NCBI GenBank assembly: GCA_964016885.1
Contig: OZ024749.1
Location: forward strand, 17,794,001-17,858,000
DNA: 64,000 nt
Reading direction: 5' to 3'
From: Eledone cirrhosa
Taxonomy: Eukaryota
How positions within the stretch are numbered: the first letter of the stretch is position 1; the number at the start of each line of letters is the position of its first letter. The notes below the pieces were generated by a model that made no database searches, was not told the origin of the DNA, and was given only the letters and a program-made list of their open reading frames with translations. Below are positions 1-14,316 of the stretch, one piece after another. The position numbers were made by a program, and so were the translations under genes.

Positions 1-904
<904 letters not shown>

Positions 905-905
<1 letters not shown>

Positions 906-1529
906 TACAATATGTTAAAAAGGTAACACACTAGAGAGAGATAGAGTACCCCATCAATAAATCAGGGAAAAACCACCAGTGTATGGAATCTATAACCTAT
1001 GAAAGGCAGAATATAGAAACGATAATTAAAAATATAAATTAAAGCGAAAATAAATACCTCTATAACTATATAACACACATACAAATCTGAAGTGATCTGT
1101 TTCTCTCTTTTTAGTTGAGCACACTTCTCTGAGTGGTTTTACGCTGCCCTTTCTAGCAGCTCGTCCCTCAGAGACCACTGGTTCACTGCCCTTAAACACA
1201 CTGTGACTTCTCTCTCCCACGTGTAGTTGGACGGTCACTTTAAAAAATCTCTTAGTGTTGTCTGAAATGTATAGCCTTACACACGCTGAGGAACTGGGGT
1301 TATTCCATTTCTGTCAACAACTTAATGGCGAAACAGATCACTTTGGATTTGTACGTGTCTTATATCATTATAGAGGTATTTATTTATGCTTTAATTTATA
1401 TTTTTAATTATCGTGTCTATATTCTACATTTCATAGGTTATAGATTCCATACACTGGTGGTTTTTCCCTGTTTTATTGATGGCGCATTGTATCTCTCTCT
1501 AGTGTGTTACCTTTTCACCATATTGTATT
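905..1529. repeat. ~200-bp inverted repeat pair (905-1103 / 1330-1529); foldback or Penelope pLTR-like relic
   Basis: cagggaaaaaccaccagtgtatggaatctataacctatgaaa (963-1004) is reverse-complemented at ~1429-1470; similarity extends on both sides. Confidence 0.8.
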
Positions 1530-1632
1530 CTAAAGTGCCCAGGATTTCCTCTCCTTTGAGCACACTATTGACAGGGAACAGCGAGAGTCTATGGCTCAGT
1601 TAATATATCGTGATATATATATATATATATAT

Positions 1633-4600
1633 GGCGCTATAAAAGACATTCTATGAGACATTGATGCTCACTACCTCCCGAATAACCGACAGTGACTACA
1701 TAATTATTGCTGGCGACCTAAATGGTCACGTTGGACAACATTGTGACGGCTATGACGGAATCCATGGAAGCTATGGGTTTGGTACTAGAAATTAGGAAGG
1801 CTCCAGAATCATGGAATTCTGTGACGCAAATAACCTAACTTTCTGTAACACTAACTTCAAAAAACGAGACAATCATTTGATCACCTATAGATCAGGGGAA
1901 CACGCCAGTCAGATAGATTATATCCTTACCAGAAGACATGATAGAGTGTCTGTTGTAAACACTAAATCCCTCCCCCATGAAGAATGCACCTCCCAACATA
2001 GAATCATAGTCGGTGACCTCATAGTCAGGACGAGACGTACGCGACAGCAGAAGAGGACTATCCTCAGGAGAAAAATATGGAAGCTAAAGGACCCCACAGC
2101 CAGTAATAAATTTAAAAGCATATTATTTGATGCTTTTGACAGTAAGGAAGAGCAATTAGAGTCGTACAATATAGAGGAACAGTGGGAATTCCTGAAAGCT
2201 AACCTGCTGAAAGCGGCAGATGAAATCTGTGGCTGGAGCAGGTCTATAGGCAGGAGGAGAGTAACGTGCTGGTGTAACAGTAAGGTGAAGGAGTCAATTA
2301 AGGCCAAAAAGCAGGCTTGGAAAGTATGGCGGGATGGGGGAAGTAGAGAAGACTATCAAGTGGCCAGGAGGGAAGCTAGGAGACAAGTGTACTTCGCAAG
2401 AAGGGAAGCAGAGGAAAGAAAGTTCAAGCATGTTCTACAACGTGAGGACCAAAAACGTGAGGTGTTCAGGATTGCTAGGCAATGTGTCAAGGAAAACCAT
2501 GATATTGTCGGGGAGAAGTGTGTCCTGAATGATGATGGTGTACTTGCCATCACTGACGCTGATAAGAAGGTAGCTTGGACGTGTCACTACGAAAGGCTAC
2601 TAAATGAGGAGAATAAATAGGAGAAAGACAGTCTCCCCCACATCAATCCAATAGAGGGACCAGCAGTGCTAGTTGAAGGTAGTATAATAAGTAAGGCAAT
2701 CAAAGATATGAAGACGGGTAAAGCGGCTGGGCTTCGGAAATAGTCGCTGAGATGGTGAAAGGCTCTGGAACGGTGGGACACACCATGATCACCCAGTTAG
2801 TAAACCAAGTCATACAGAATGGGGTTGTTCCGAAGGACTGGTGTAGCAGCATCATCATTAACTGCTACAAGGGTAAAGGAGATGCCCTAGATAGGAGTAA
2901 CTATAGAGGCATTAAATTAATCGACAAGGTCATGAAGGTCACGGAAAAAGTAATAGCGCAACTAATCAGAGAGAGAATTGATCTAGATGAAATGCAGTTC
3001 GGGTTTGTGTCAGGTAAAAGTACCACAGACGCTCTTTTCATTGTACAACAACTACAGGAGAAGAACCTAGCTAAAAGTAAACCCCTCTACTTAGCTTTTG
3101 TCGACTTGGAGAAAACCTTCGACAGAGTCCCCCGCTCCATTATCTGGTGGGCTCTTAGAAAACTAGGTGTTGATGAATGGCTTGTGAGAGCTATACAAGC
3201 AATGTATAAAGAAACAGCCAGCAAGGTTAGAATTAACAACGAATATAGTGAAGAGTTTAGTGTAAAAGTTGGTGTTCATCAGGGCTCCGTTCTTAGCCCC
3301 CTACTATTTATTATTACACTTCAGGCTATAACAGTGGAGTTCAAGACCGGCTGCCCATGGGAACTTCTAAACGCAGATGATCTAATGCACATAGCTGAAT
3401 CAATGGCCGAGCTAGAGAAGAAATTCAAAACATGGAAGCACGGCCTAGAATCAAAAGGCCTTAAAATTAACCTGGCTAAGACTAAAGTTCTAGTTTGTAG
3501 GAAAGAAAATAAGGCGCCGGTCCCTTCCGGGAAATGGCCATGCTCAGTGTGTAGGAAAGGCGTAGGTAGAAACCCCATTTTATGTCCCAAATGCAAAGTA
3601 TGGGTGCATAAAAGATGTAGTGGGATCACAGGTAAGCTAACTAAGAACATAGATTTTACATGTGGCTGGTGCTCTGGTGCAATAAGTAGCAGCAAGTGCC
3701 CACAAAATACTAGCTCATTCCATTGCACAGATGGTTCTATAGAAATAGTGGACAGCTTCCGTTACCTGGGTGACAAAATCAGCAGTGGTGGAGGGTGCTC
3801 TGAAAGTAGAGTAGCTAGAGTCAGAACGGGATGGAAAAAGTTCAGAGAGCTTATACCACTATGGGCCGCTAAAGGGTTCTCTCTAAAAATGAAAGGCAGG
3901 CTGTATGATGCCTGCATACGAACAGCAATGTTACATGGCAGTGAGACCTGGGCATTGTGTGCAGAGGATATACGCAGACTGGAGAGGAACGAAGCTTGCA
4001 TGCTCCGTTGGATGTGTAATAGTAATATACGTGAACGGCAAAGCATAAACGAACTAAGGGAGAAATTAGGAATAAGAGGGATCAGATGTTGTTTACTCGA
4101 AAGAAGACTACGTTGGTACGGTCACGTGATACGTATGAAAGACGACAGCTGTATAAAAAAGTGCAGGGCGATAAAAATAGACGGTAGCCACGGAGTAGGC
4201 AGACCCAGAAAAACCTGGGATGACTTGATAAATTCCGACCTCACACACTTACACCTCTCCAAGACAATGTCACTGGACCGAGATCTTTGGCACTACACAG
4301 TAATACAGAAGACCCGACTTGCCTAAGTACAAAGTGAAACCTACAGTCAGTAGGCACCTCTAACAAAAATACACCCCCGTCCCACAACCACCACCCCATC
4401 CACACCACCCCTTTGAATGTAAAGTTATGTTGGTACCACAACATCCAGTCCGAAACAAATGAGGTTGTGTAGGTGTCACGACAAAAAAACACACAGCCAC
4501 GCTGTAATGTGGCCATGTAGGTAACACGGTAAAAACCTCCCAGTCCACACTGTAAACGTGGTTGGTGTTAGGAAGGGCATCCAGCCGTAGAAAACCCGCC

Positions 4601-4707
4601 AGACAGTCCTATACGTGCAAGTCAACCAATCTTGCCTCAAGTGGGAAAATTCCCGTCCAAACCCATGCAAGCGTGGAAGATGGACGTTAAACGATGATGA
4701 TGATGAT
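1633..4707 (+). mobile_element. RTE-clade LINE family A, 5'-truncated, with stops/frameshift
   Basis: APE C-terminus, RT motifs (NYRGI, FVDLEK, GVHQGSVLSP, degenerate NADD, FRYLG) in ORFs 1811-2620 and 2752-4326; 3' UTR and (GAT)n tail; homologous to the intact copy at 48.6-52.4 kb. Confidence 0.95.
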
Positions 4708-4710
4708 AGA

Positions 4711-4754
<44 letters not shown>

Positions 4755-4792
4755 TATATATATATATACATATATATATACATATATATACA

Positions 4793-4847
<55 letters not shown>

Positions 4848-4850
<3 letters not shown>

Positions 4851-4958
4851 ATCATTTCATTTCATTTCATTTTACGACACATCACCCGGTCTGAGAATTG
4901 AACTCAAAACCTTTCGATTGCAAGGCCAATGCTCTAACCACTAAGCCATGTGCCTCCA
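4848..4958 (-). mobile_element. Internally deleted tRNA-derived SINE (head joined directly to tail)
   Basis: Minus strand reads tggaggcacatggcttagtggttagagc...gagttcaattctcagaccggg, then cgtaaaatgaaatg tail. Confidence 0.8.
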
Positions 4959-4967
4959 TCTATATAT

Positions 4968-5310
4968 ATCATTTCATCATTTCATTTTACGTCCGCTTTA
5001 TCCCTGCTTGCAAGGGTGGGACGGGAACTGATTCTGGCCTGATTTCTACAGCTGGATGCCCTTCCTAACACCAACCTCATTTACAGTGAGTGCTGGGTGA
5101 TTTTTTTGCCGTGGCACCTCCACGACCACATTGCAGTGGAATGATATGAACCCCAGTCCCTATCATCTCATTTCTACAGCTGAGTAAACTGGAGCAACGT
5201 GAAATAAAGTGTCTTGCTCAAGGAAACAACACATCACCGGTCTGAGAATTGAACTCACAACCTTTCGATTGCTAGGCCAATGCTCTAACCACTAAGCCAT
5301 GTACCTCCAT
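4968..5310 (-). mobile_element. tRNA-derived CORE-type SINE with RTE-derived 3' part
   Basis: A box TGGCTTAGTGG, B box GAGTTCAATTC, CORE-like tccttgagcaagacactt...cagtttactcagctgtagaaatgag, RTE 3' UTR segment and tail. Confidence 0.85.
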
Positions 5311-5346
5311 ACATATATACATATATATACATATATAATACATATA

Positions 5347-7990
5347 TCATCATCATCATCATCACCGTTTTACGTCCGTTCTTCCACGCTAGCATGGGTT
5401 AGACGGGTTGTCGTGTTGTGGGCAGTGTCTGGTTGGCTGACCATGCCTTGCTCATACAGGAACTGATTTGGCTTGATTTCTACAGCTGGATGCCCTTCCT
5501 AACACCAACCTCATTTACAGTGAGTGCTGGGTGCTTTTTCGTGGCGCCTACACGTCCCCTTTACAGTGTGGGCTGGGTACTTCTTTGCCGTGGGGGCATA
5601 TTGTCTATATGCTTCAGCTTGTACCCATGGGAGGTCAGGTACTCTGTATTACTGCGTGACGCCAGAAGTCACGGTCGTGTGTCATTGTCTTTGAGAGGTG
5701 CAATTGGGTAAGGTCGGCTTTTATCACCTCATCCCAGGTCATCTTGGGTCTCCCCATTCCGCGGTTTCCATAAACTTCTAGTGCTCTGCACCTTTTTATG
5801 CAGCTGTCATCCTTCATACGCATCACATGTCCATACCAGCGCAACCGCCTCTCCTGCACACAGCATTTGATTCCTCTTATGCTCAGTCTCTCTCTCAATT
5901 CATTTATGCTTTGTCGTTCACGTATATTACTGTTACACATCCATCGGGGCATGCAGGCTTCGTTTCTCTCTAATCTATGTAAGTCTTCCACCTTCAGCGC
6001 CCAGGTCTCACTACCATGCAACATCGCTGTTCGGATACAAGCATCATACAGTCTGCCTTTCATTCTGAGGGAGAAGCCTTTTGCAGCTAGCAGTGGTAGT
6101 AGTTCCCTAAACTTCTTCCATCCCGTTCTTACCCTAGTTATTGTACTTTCTGAACACCCACCTCCGCTGCTAATTCGGTCACCTAGCTGTCTACTGTTTC
6201 TACAGAGCCCTCCCAGAGATTGGCGGTACTTGTTTCCTGTGGCTGTTTGCTGCTTGCTGTCTCAGCACAGCTGCTGCATGTGAATCCTACATTCTTAATT
6301 AAGCTTCCTTAGATCCCGCTACATCTCTTGTGTACCCATTGTTTGCATTTGGGGCAGAGAATGGAGTTCCTACCTACACCTTTCCTACATACTGAGCAAG
6401 GCCATTTCCCTGAGGGGATCTGGGTTCTGTTTTCTCGTCTACTTACAAGGACCTTAGTCTTTGTCATGTTGACTTTGAGACCTTTTCTTTCTAGTCCCTG
6501 CTTCCAAGTTTGGAATTTATTCTCTAGTTCTACCATAGATTCAGCTATGAGTGCGAGGTCATCAGCATACAGGAGTTCCCATGGGCATCCGGTCTTAAAC
6601 TCCTCCGTTATTGCCTGCAGGACTATGATGAACAGTATTACCTGGTTAACGATACGTGTGGTTATAGTGTGACCTACAGACCCAGATGCCTTCAGCATCT
6701 CGGCAGCTATACCCGATGGACCGGTTGCCTTCCCCATCTTCATATCTTTGATTGCCTTACTTACTACGCTGCTGCTGACTTGTACTGCTGGTCCCTCTAT
6801 AGGGTCTACTTGGGGTAGAGTCTCTTCTTCCCATGCATTCTCCTCATTTAGTAATCTATCATAATGACTCTTCCATGCATCTTTCTTCTCAGCACTTGTG
6901 AGGTCAAGCTCACCTTTATCATTCCGGATACACTTCTCTCCAATGACATCACAACTATCTCTGACACACTGCCTCGCAATCTTGAATACCTCCTGTTTCT
7001 GGTCCTCACGTTGCAAAACATGCTTGAATTTTCTATCCTCTGCTTCTCTCCTAGCTAAGTATACTTGTCGCCTAGCTTCCCTCTTGGTCTCTATGTAATG
7101 TACCCTGCTCCCCCCGTTCTTCCATTCTTTCCATGCCTGTCTCTTGGCCTTAACTGCTTCATCTACCTTATTGTTCCACCACCAAGTCACTCTCCTCCTG
7201 CTTGAGGTCTTACTCCAGCCACAGACCTCATCCGTCGCCTCTAATAAATTATTTTTAGGAACTCCCAGTTCTCTTCTACATTAAATGTCTCTATCTGTTC
7301 TTCTTTACTGTCGTAGGCGTTGAGTAAAATATCTTTAAATCTGTTACTGGTTGAGGGGACTTTCAGCTTCCAGATCTTTCTTCTCCAGGTTGGCCTCTGT
7401 TTCCGGGTTCGTCTAGTTCTGACCGTGAGGTCGCTGACAACTAAGCTATGTTGGGATGTACATTCCTCACTAGGGAAGGCTTTTGTGTTTACGACCGTCC
7501 ATCTGTCACGTCCTCTGATGAGGATAAAATCTAACTGACTAGAGTGCTCCTCTGATCTATAGGTGATCAGGTGGTTGTCGGGTTTTTTAAAGTTTGTGTT
7601 ACATATCGACATGTCATTGGCGTCGCAGAATTCTAGAAGTCTGAATCCTTCCTCATTCCTTGTGCCAACCCCATGGCCTCCATGTACTCTATTGAAGCCG
7701 TCGCAGTGTTTGCCTACGTGTCCGTTAAAATCTCCTGCGATGATTAGGAAGTCGTTGTCGTCTGTTAGAGCAGTAGTGTGCATTAGGGACTCGTAAAACC
7801 TATCCTTAAGTTCGTCTGACAGCCCCGATTCGGGTGCGTAAGCTGATATTATTGTGGTAATTGTTTTATTCAGGACTAGTCCGAGTTTAATGATTCTTGC
7901 ATTTACCCTGTACACTGAGATTACTTTATCTACCCACTTGTCAGCTAGTAGTATACCTACACCACCCATCCCATCGTCATTTCCCACCCC
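5347..7990 (-). mobile_element. RTE-clade LINE family B, 5'-truncated, internal RT deletion at ~6635
   Basis: ORFs 7241-8017 (APE), 6309-7190 and 5635-6063 (RT, YADD); IVNQVI is joined to LFIIV; (GAT)n tail at ~5347. Confidence 0.95.
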
Positions 7991-8008
7991 TATATATATA
8001 TATACATA

Positions 8009-8352
8009 TGGAAGCACATGGCTTAGTGGTTAGAGCATTGGCCTTGAAATCAAAAGGTTGGAAGTTCAATTCTCAGACCGGGTGATGTGTTGTTTCCTTG
8101 AGCAAGACACTTTATTTGACATTGCTCCAGTTTACTCAGCTGTAGAAATAAGATGATAGGGACTGGAGTCCATATCATTCCACTGCAAAGTGGTCGTGGA
8201 GGTGCCACGGCAAAAAAGCACCAAGCACTCACTGTTAATGAGGTTGGTGTTAGGAAGGGCATCTAGCTGTAGAAATCAAGCCAAATCAGTTCCCGTCCCA
8301 CCCTTGCAAGCAGGGAAAAAGCGGACGTAAAATGAAATGATGATGATGATGA
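8009..8352 (+). mobile_element. Full-length tRNA-derived CORE-type SINE with RTE tail
   Basis: Same family as 4968-5310; A box, variant B box, CORE-like block, (GAT)n tail. Confidence 0.88.
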
Positions 8353-8604
8353 TATATATATACATATACATACATATATATATACATATATATATACATA
8401 CATATATATATATATACATACATATATATATACATACATATATATATATACATACATATATATATATACATACATACAATGGCGACCGTTGTGGTCAGTG
8501 TCCGATAATCGGACGTGTGTAATTACTGTTAACATGAAGGCAACATACAATATATTGGAAAAAGTTGAGCTACATTACGCGGTATGAATACATATAATAA
8601 TACT

Positions 8605-8922
8605 ACATAAGTGTTTGAACTGTAAGTGTGTTGTAAAACACCTATTTATATGAACGATACATACACTTATGATATATGAACGATACATACACTTTTAATA
8701 TATGAACGATACATACACTTTAACATATAAATGCAACGTTGTTATATTACATTTATAAAGAAATATACAAGTAACGTTTTCGATTCAGAAACAAAAACAT
8801 AAGTGTTTGAACTGTGAATATGTTGTAGAACACCTATTTATATGTATGATACATAAACTTTAACATATAAATACAGCGTTGTTATAATATATTACATTCA
8901 TAAAAAAATATACTAAGTAACG
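8605..8922. repeat. Direct repeat with internal ~23-bp subrepeats upstream of the R4-like ORF
   Basis: acataagtgtttgaactgt at 8605 and 8797; tatatgaacgatacatacactt three times. Confidence 0.75.
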
Positions 8923-10070
8923 GTTCTTTTTATTCTTGATTCAAACGATTCAAGAACAACGTTTAAAACACAGTTGTAGAATTAAAAACTAACTGAAAAG
9001 AAATATTACCCAAGCTGTGAATAACTTTAAATTTGATTCTGACAAAACCTTGTCGAAACTTTTAAAGAAGATCATCGACTATTTTGAAAAATAAATACGA
9101 AATATTAGTGAATAGACGAACTCATCATGGCAAAAAGTACAAGTCTCCTTCGACCAAATCGCAACTACAACCATTGTATACAGTGGAGCTACGAGCTTAA
9201 CAAAGAATTATATGAAGCATACAAACAATCTGAACCCCGAAAGTTCGGTTTTATGCAAAGGCTATAAACTTTATGGAACTCCAAACACCCAGAATTAGAC
9301 TTTTCTCCATAGCATTTAAATAAACAGGCAAAACGTATCATTAGATGTAAATTAATATATCTAACGGAATTGAGTGATACTACAAATACAGCCCTTGTAG
9401 ACAACCATCCCACCTCCACTGACAGACAAAGAGAATGGCCAGCTAAATCTAACAGTGAACAGCTCACCAACAATTTTGCTGAAATCCATCCCACTTCCAC
9501 TGAAGGACAGCGAGAAAAGTCAGCTAACTCTAGTAGTAATTGTCACCACATCAACAACGAAGCTGAAATTCATGACTCTACTGTACAAACAGAACACTAA
9601 AAACTTGTGGACACCTTACAAGTGATATGGGACGATATGTTTCAAAAGATACACAGCCTTAATGTGAGTGACAGACCATACAACACCAGAATCAGTAAAG
9701 AACCCACTAAATTGGAATTGGAAGCGGTGAACGCAATAGCTGGCAATTATCTGAAGGCTATACAATCTAAAGGTGTAGAAACGACATTTGAAACGCTTAA
9801 TATTTTGTTATATGTTTCAGCTGTCACATTACTATCATATAACACACATCTAAAACCACGCAATCAAGATACAAACAAAAAGCCTGAACCAGCGTGGATG
9901 CAAAATTTAAAAAACAAAATTTTGTCCCTGAGATGAAGTATCTCGCACATCGCAGTCGTTATGAAACGCAACATAGAGAGCAACTTCACACGACACCAGG
10001 AAGCCCTAAAAAAAAAGTTAGAGAGACGATTTGGAGATACAAAATTTAAAACTTTGAACTCCAAATTACA

Positions 10071-11830
10071 CCGTATTGTTAACCAGGTAATACTAGAAGG
10101 TGTCATACCAAAAGATTGGTGCAGTAGCATCATTGTCAACTGCTACAAAGGTAAAGGTGATGCACTAGATAGAGGAAACTATAGAGGTATAAAGCTGATG
10201 GACCAGGTCATGAAAGTAACAGAAAGAGTTATAGCACAGTTGATTAGGGACCGGGTGAAAATAGACGAGATGCAATTTGGGTTTGTACCAGGAAGAGGCA
10301 CCACTGATGCCCTCTTCCTTGTGAGGCAGTTACAGGAAAAGTAACTAGCTAAAAGTAAGCCACTCTACTTGGCATTTGTCGACCTTGAGAAAGCCTTTGA
10401 CAGAGTTCCACGTGTTGTAATCTGGTGGGCTTTTAGAAAACTAGGAGTAGATGAATGGCTTGTGAAAGCAGTACAAGCCATGTATAGGGGAGCAGTCAGC
10501 AAAGTTAGGATTAGCAATGAGTATAGCGAGGAATTTAGCGTACAGGTTGGGGTCCACCAGGGCTCTGTTCTTAGCCCCCTCCTGTTCATCATAGTCATGC
10601 AGGCAATAACGGAGGAGTTTAAGACAGGATGCCCATGGGAACTCCTGTATGCTGATGACCTCGCACTCATAGCTGAATCTATGGTAGAACTAGAGAATAA
10701 ATTCCAAACTTGGAAGCAGGGACTAGAAAGAAAGGGTCTCAAAGTCAACATGACAAAGACTAAGGTCCTTGTAAGTAGACGAGAAAACAGAACCCAGATC
10801 CCCTCAGGGAAATGGCCTTGCTCAGTATGTAGGAAAGGTGTAGGTAGGAACTCCATTCTCTGCCCCAAATGCAAACAATGGGTACACAAGAGATGTAGCG
10901 GGATCTCAGGAAGCTTAATTAAGAATGTAGGCTTCACATGCAGCAGCTGTTCTGGGACAGCAAGCAGCAAACAGCCACAGGAAACAACTACCACCAATCT
11001 CTAGGAGGGCTCTGTAGAAACAGTAGACAGCTTCTGCTACCTAGGTGACCGAATTAGCAGCGAAAGGCTTCTCCCTCAGAATGAAAGGCAGACTGTATGA
11101 TGCATATATCCGAACAGCGATGTTGCATGGTAGTGAGACCTGGGCGCTGAAGGTGGAAGACTTACGTAGATTAGAGAGAAATGAAGCCTGCATGCTCCAA
11201 TGGATGTGTAACAGTAATATACGTGAACGACAAAGCATAAATGAATTGAGAGAGAGACTGAACATAAGAGGAATCAAATGCTGTTTGCAGGAGAGGCAGT
11301 TGCGCTGGTATGGACATGTGATGCGTATGAAGGATGACAGCTGCATAAAAAGGTGCAGAGCACTAGAAGTCGATGGAAACCGCGGATTGGGGAGACCCAA
11401 GATGACCTGGGATGAGGTGATAAAAGCCGACCATACCCAATTACACTTCTCAAAGGCAATGACACATGACCGTGACCTCTGGCGTCACGCAGTAATACAG
11501 AGTACCCGACCTCCCATGGGTACAAGCTGAAGCATATAGACAATATGCCCCCACACGCCCCACCGCAAGGTGGTTGTGGAGGTGCCACGGCAAAAAAGCA
11601 CCCAGCCCACACTGTAAAGTGGACATGTAGGTGCCACGAAAAAGCACCCAGCACTCACTGTAAATGAGGTTGGTGTTAGGAAGGGCATCCAGCTGTAGAA
11701 ATCAAGCCAAATCAGTTCCTGTATGAGCAAGGCATGGTCAGCCGACCAGACACTGCCCACAACAGGACAACCCGTCTAACCCATGCTAGCGTGGAAGAAC
11801 AGACGTGTGATGATGATGATGATGATGATG
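10071..11830 (+). mobile_element. RTE family B, 5'-truncated, nested in the R4-like element
   Basis: RT ORFs 10369-11004 and 11045-11530, 3' UTR and (GAT)n tail; host ORF resumes at ~11831. Confidence 0.95.
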
Positions 11831-14316
11831 ACACAACAACTCACAGCTACAACAGAAAGACTAAAATATAAGTCAACAGCACATAAACGACAAGTGCTAA
11901 ATAGATTGTTTGCCAGAGATCCTAAATCAGTTTATCGCAGCTTCGGTGGCAAAAGCTCAATCCTTGTAAATGACACCCCTTCAAAAGAACAGGTTGAGAG
12001 CTACGGAGATCTGTATGGGAAACAGATAACGGATTCAACAGACAAACTAATTGGCTAAAAGAACTGGAACAGGACTACTGCCAACATGTCCAGACAAAAC
12101 AATGACATAGATGGGTCAATACTGGAAACAGCTCTACAGAAAATGTCGAATAGGAAATCACCAGGCCCAGACCTCATTACAGGATACTGGTTGAAGAATT
12201 TCACTTTCTATCGGCAAGATCTCATACGGCTGTTAAAAGAAACCATTAAAGGCACACAAGAACTGCCCAGATGGTTATCAACTGCCACTACTCTCCTCAT
12301 TCCCCAAAATAGCCAAACCACCCTTGCTAAAAATTACCGCCCAATAGCCTGCCAAAACATCATGTATAAATTATATACTGGGTGCCTTAACCTGTTCTTA
12401 CAGGATCACTGTGCTACCAACAACATCATAACACCTGAGCAAGCTGGTGGAAAGAGGGAGGTGTGGGGTTGCATAGATCACCTACTAACTAATGAAATGA
12501 TTCAGGAAAAAACAACAAAGAATCGCAGAAACATGACTATGGTGTGGCTGGACTATCAAAAAGCATTTGATAGTGTACCTCATGGGTGGATTGTTAAGGC
12601 TTTACAGTTAGCCAAAGTCCCACAACCACTGGTAGCTGCTGTTGAACGTCTGACCAAGAACTGGTACACCAATTTGATCCTTAGAGGTGAGAAGGAGCAA
12701 GTTAAGACTGATAAGATACATTACCAGAAGGACATCTTTCAGGGTGTTAGCTTGTCAGTGCTACTCTTCGTTCTCTCACTAAATCCACTATCTTAACTAC
12801 TCAGGAAACAAGGTGGACAAAGAAGTGGGTCCAGAAGTATCTCCCATCTTTTCTTTGTTGATGACCTGAAGTTGTATGGGCCAAATATCAATGACATCAA
12901 GAAACAATTGGACCTCATTACACAATTTTCAACAGACATCAAAATGAAATTTGGTGAGTCCAAGTGTGCATATTTGGCAGTAAAACGTGGCAGAGCTGTG
13001 CCCTCCTCTAGAAATCTAGAGATGAACAGCCTGACAATACAACCTCTACAGTCAGCTGACAACTACAGATATCTTGGACAGGATGAGAATGTCAGATATG
13101 ATGGACCCATAAATAAGGAGAGAACCAGAACTGAATACCTCAGAAGAGTAAAGAAAATATGGTCATCAGAACTGTCAGCGTACAACAAATACATTGCCCA
13201 CAATACTTATGCTGTGCCAATTCTAATGCCAACATTTGGCCTGCTGAACTGGTCATTGCAAGAACTAAGTGAGATGGATGTTAGAACTCGTAAACTTCTC
13301 AGTGTTACTGGGAACTTTAATATCAATGGTGATGTGGATAGGCTATACTTCTCACGCAAGGAAGGTGGTCGGGGTCTAAAATCCATATTAACAACATATG
13401 AGACCTGGATAGTAACACTGAAGCAACACCTTCAACAGAGGAAAATGGTTGGCAACCATCTTGCCCAGGTTTATGAGCATGAAAAAAAAATATCATTAGA
13501 ATAGTGACTGATCTGGAGGAGAGATAGGGAATAAAGCCTGATATAAATCTCTCACCCAGAGAAATCGGAAGATCCTATTCAATGTTCAAACAAGATGAAA
13601 AAATTGACCAATTTACAGAAAAAGTTGTGCATGGATACTTGAGACGTAAAACACAGACCATAGAAGGGATAAACCACTCAAAAGGCCTGGCATGGAGTTC
13701 CGACAATTTTATGACATCACACCTTGAGGGATATCTCTATGCAATACAGGAACAAGAACTCGCTACCAAATATCTGCTGCACAAAAGGTGAGGGCCAGCA
13801 GCTGACAATAAATGTAGGCTATGTAAAACAAAGATTGAGGATGTAAGCCACATTGTTGCCAGCTGCGAAAGAATGTCATCTCGCTACTACCTCCCCATGA
13901 GGCACGATGGGATAATAGAACCATCTGGAATGCACTTCGGAAAACAAAATTAACAACAAACGAGGAAGAATATATTGAGACAGATGGCACTAAGGAATAC
14001 TGATGGAACCTGAAAATAAAAACTGCCACCAAATTAAAGCACAACCGGCCTGATATTGTTGTTTGGGACCACACATTGAAAACGTATTCTGTTGTGGAGA
14101 TCAGCTGCCCACTTGATGTAAACGTTGTCAGAAAAATACAGGAGTAGGAGGACATCTACGGACCATTGATGAGGAGTTTACAAATCCAGTATCCAAGATA
14201 CACCTTTAGCTTCATACCCATCATTATTGGAGCTACGAGTTATATACCAACCCGCTTGGACCAAAATATGACTGAACTTGGACTTGCGGACAAAAAGCGC
14301 AGCTCCCTAATTCATA

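Larger units (their letters stand above)
8480..14316 (+). mobile_element. Decayed R4/Dong-like (restriction-like endonuclease) non-LTR retrotransposon, interrupted by an RTE
   Basis: RT motifs KSPGPD, NYRPIAC, WLDYQKAFDSVPH, IFQG.SLS, VDDLKLY, YRYLG, RKEGGRGL; C-terminal CRLC..H...C knuckle, RHD, RPDIVV and EISCP; many stops. 5' boundary uncertain. Confidence 0.82.

Noticed and set aside
1280-1345. CTGAGGA...CGAAACAGATC as a hammerhead
   Set aside because: No convincing stem II or adjacent stem I pairing.
8009-8082. Possible tRNA gene
   Set aside because: A/B boxes run into a SINE body and tail, and no proper cloverleaf is evident.
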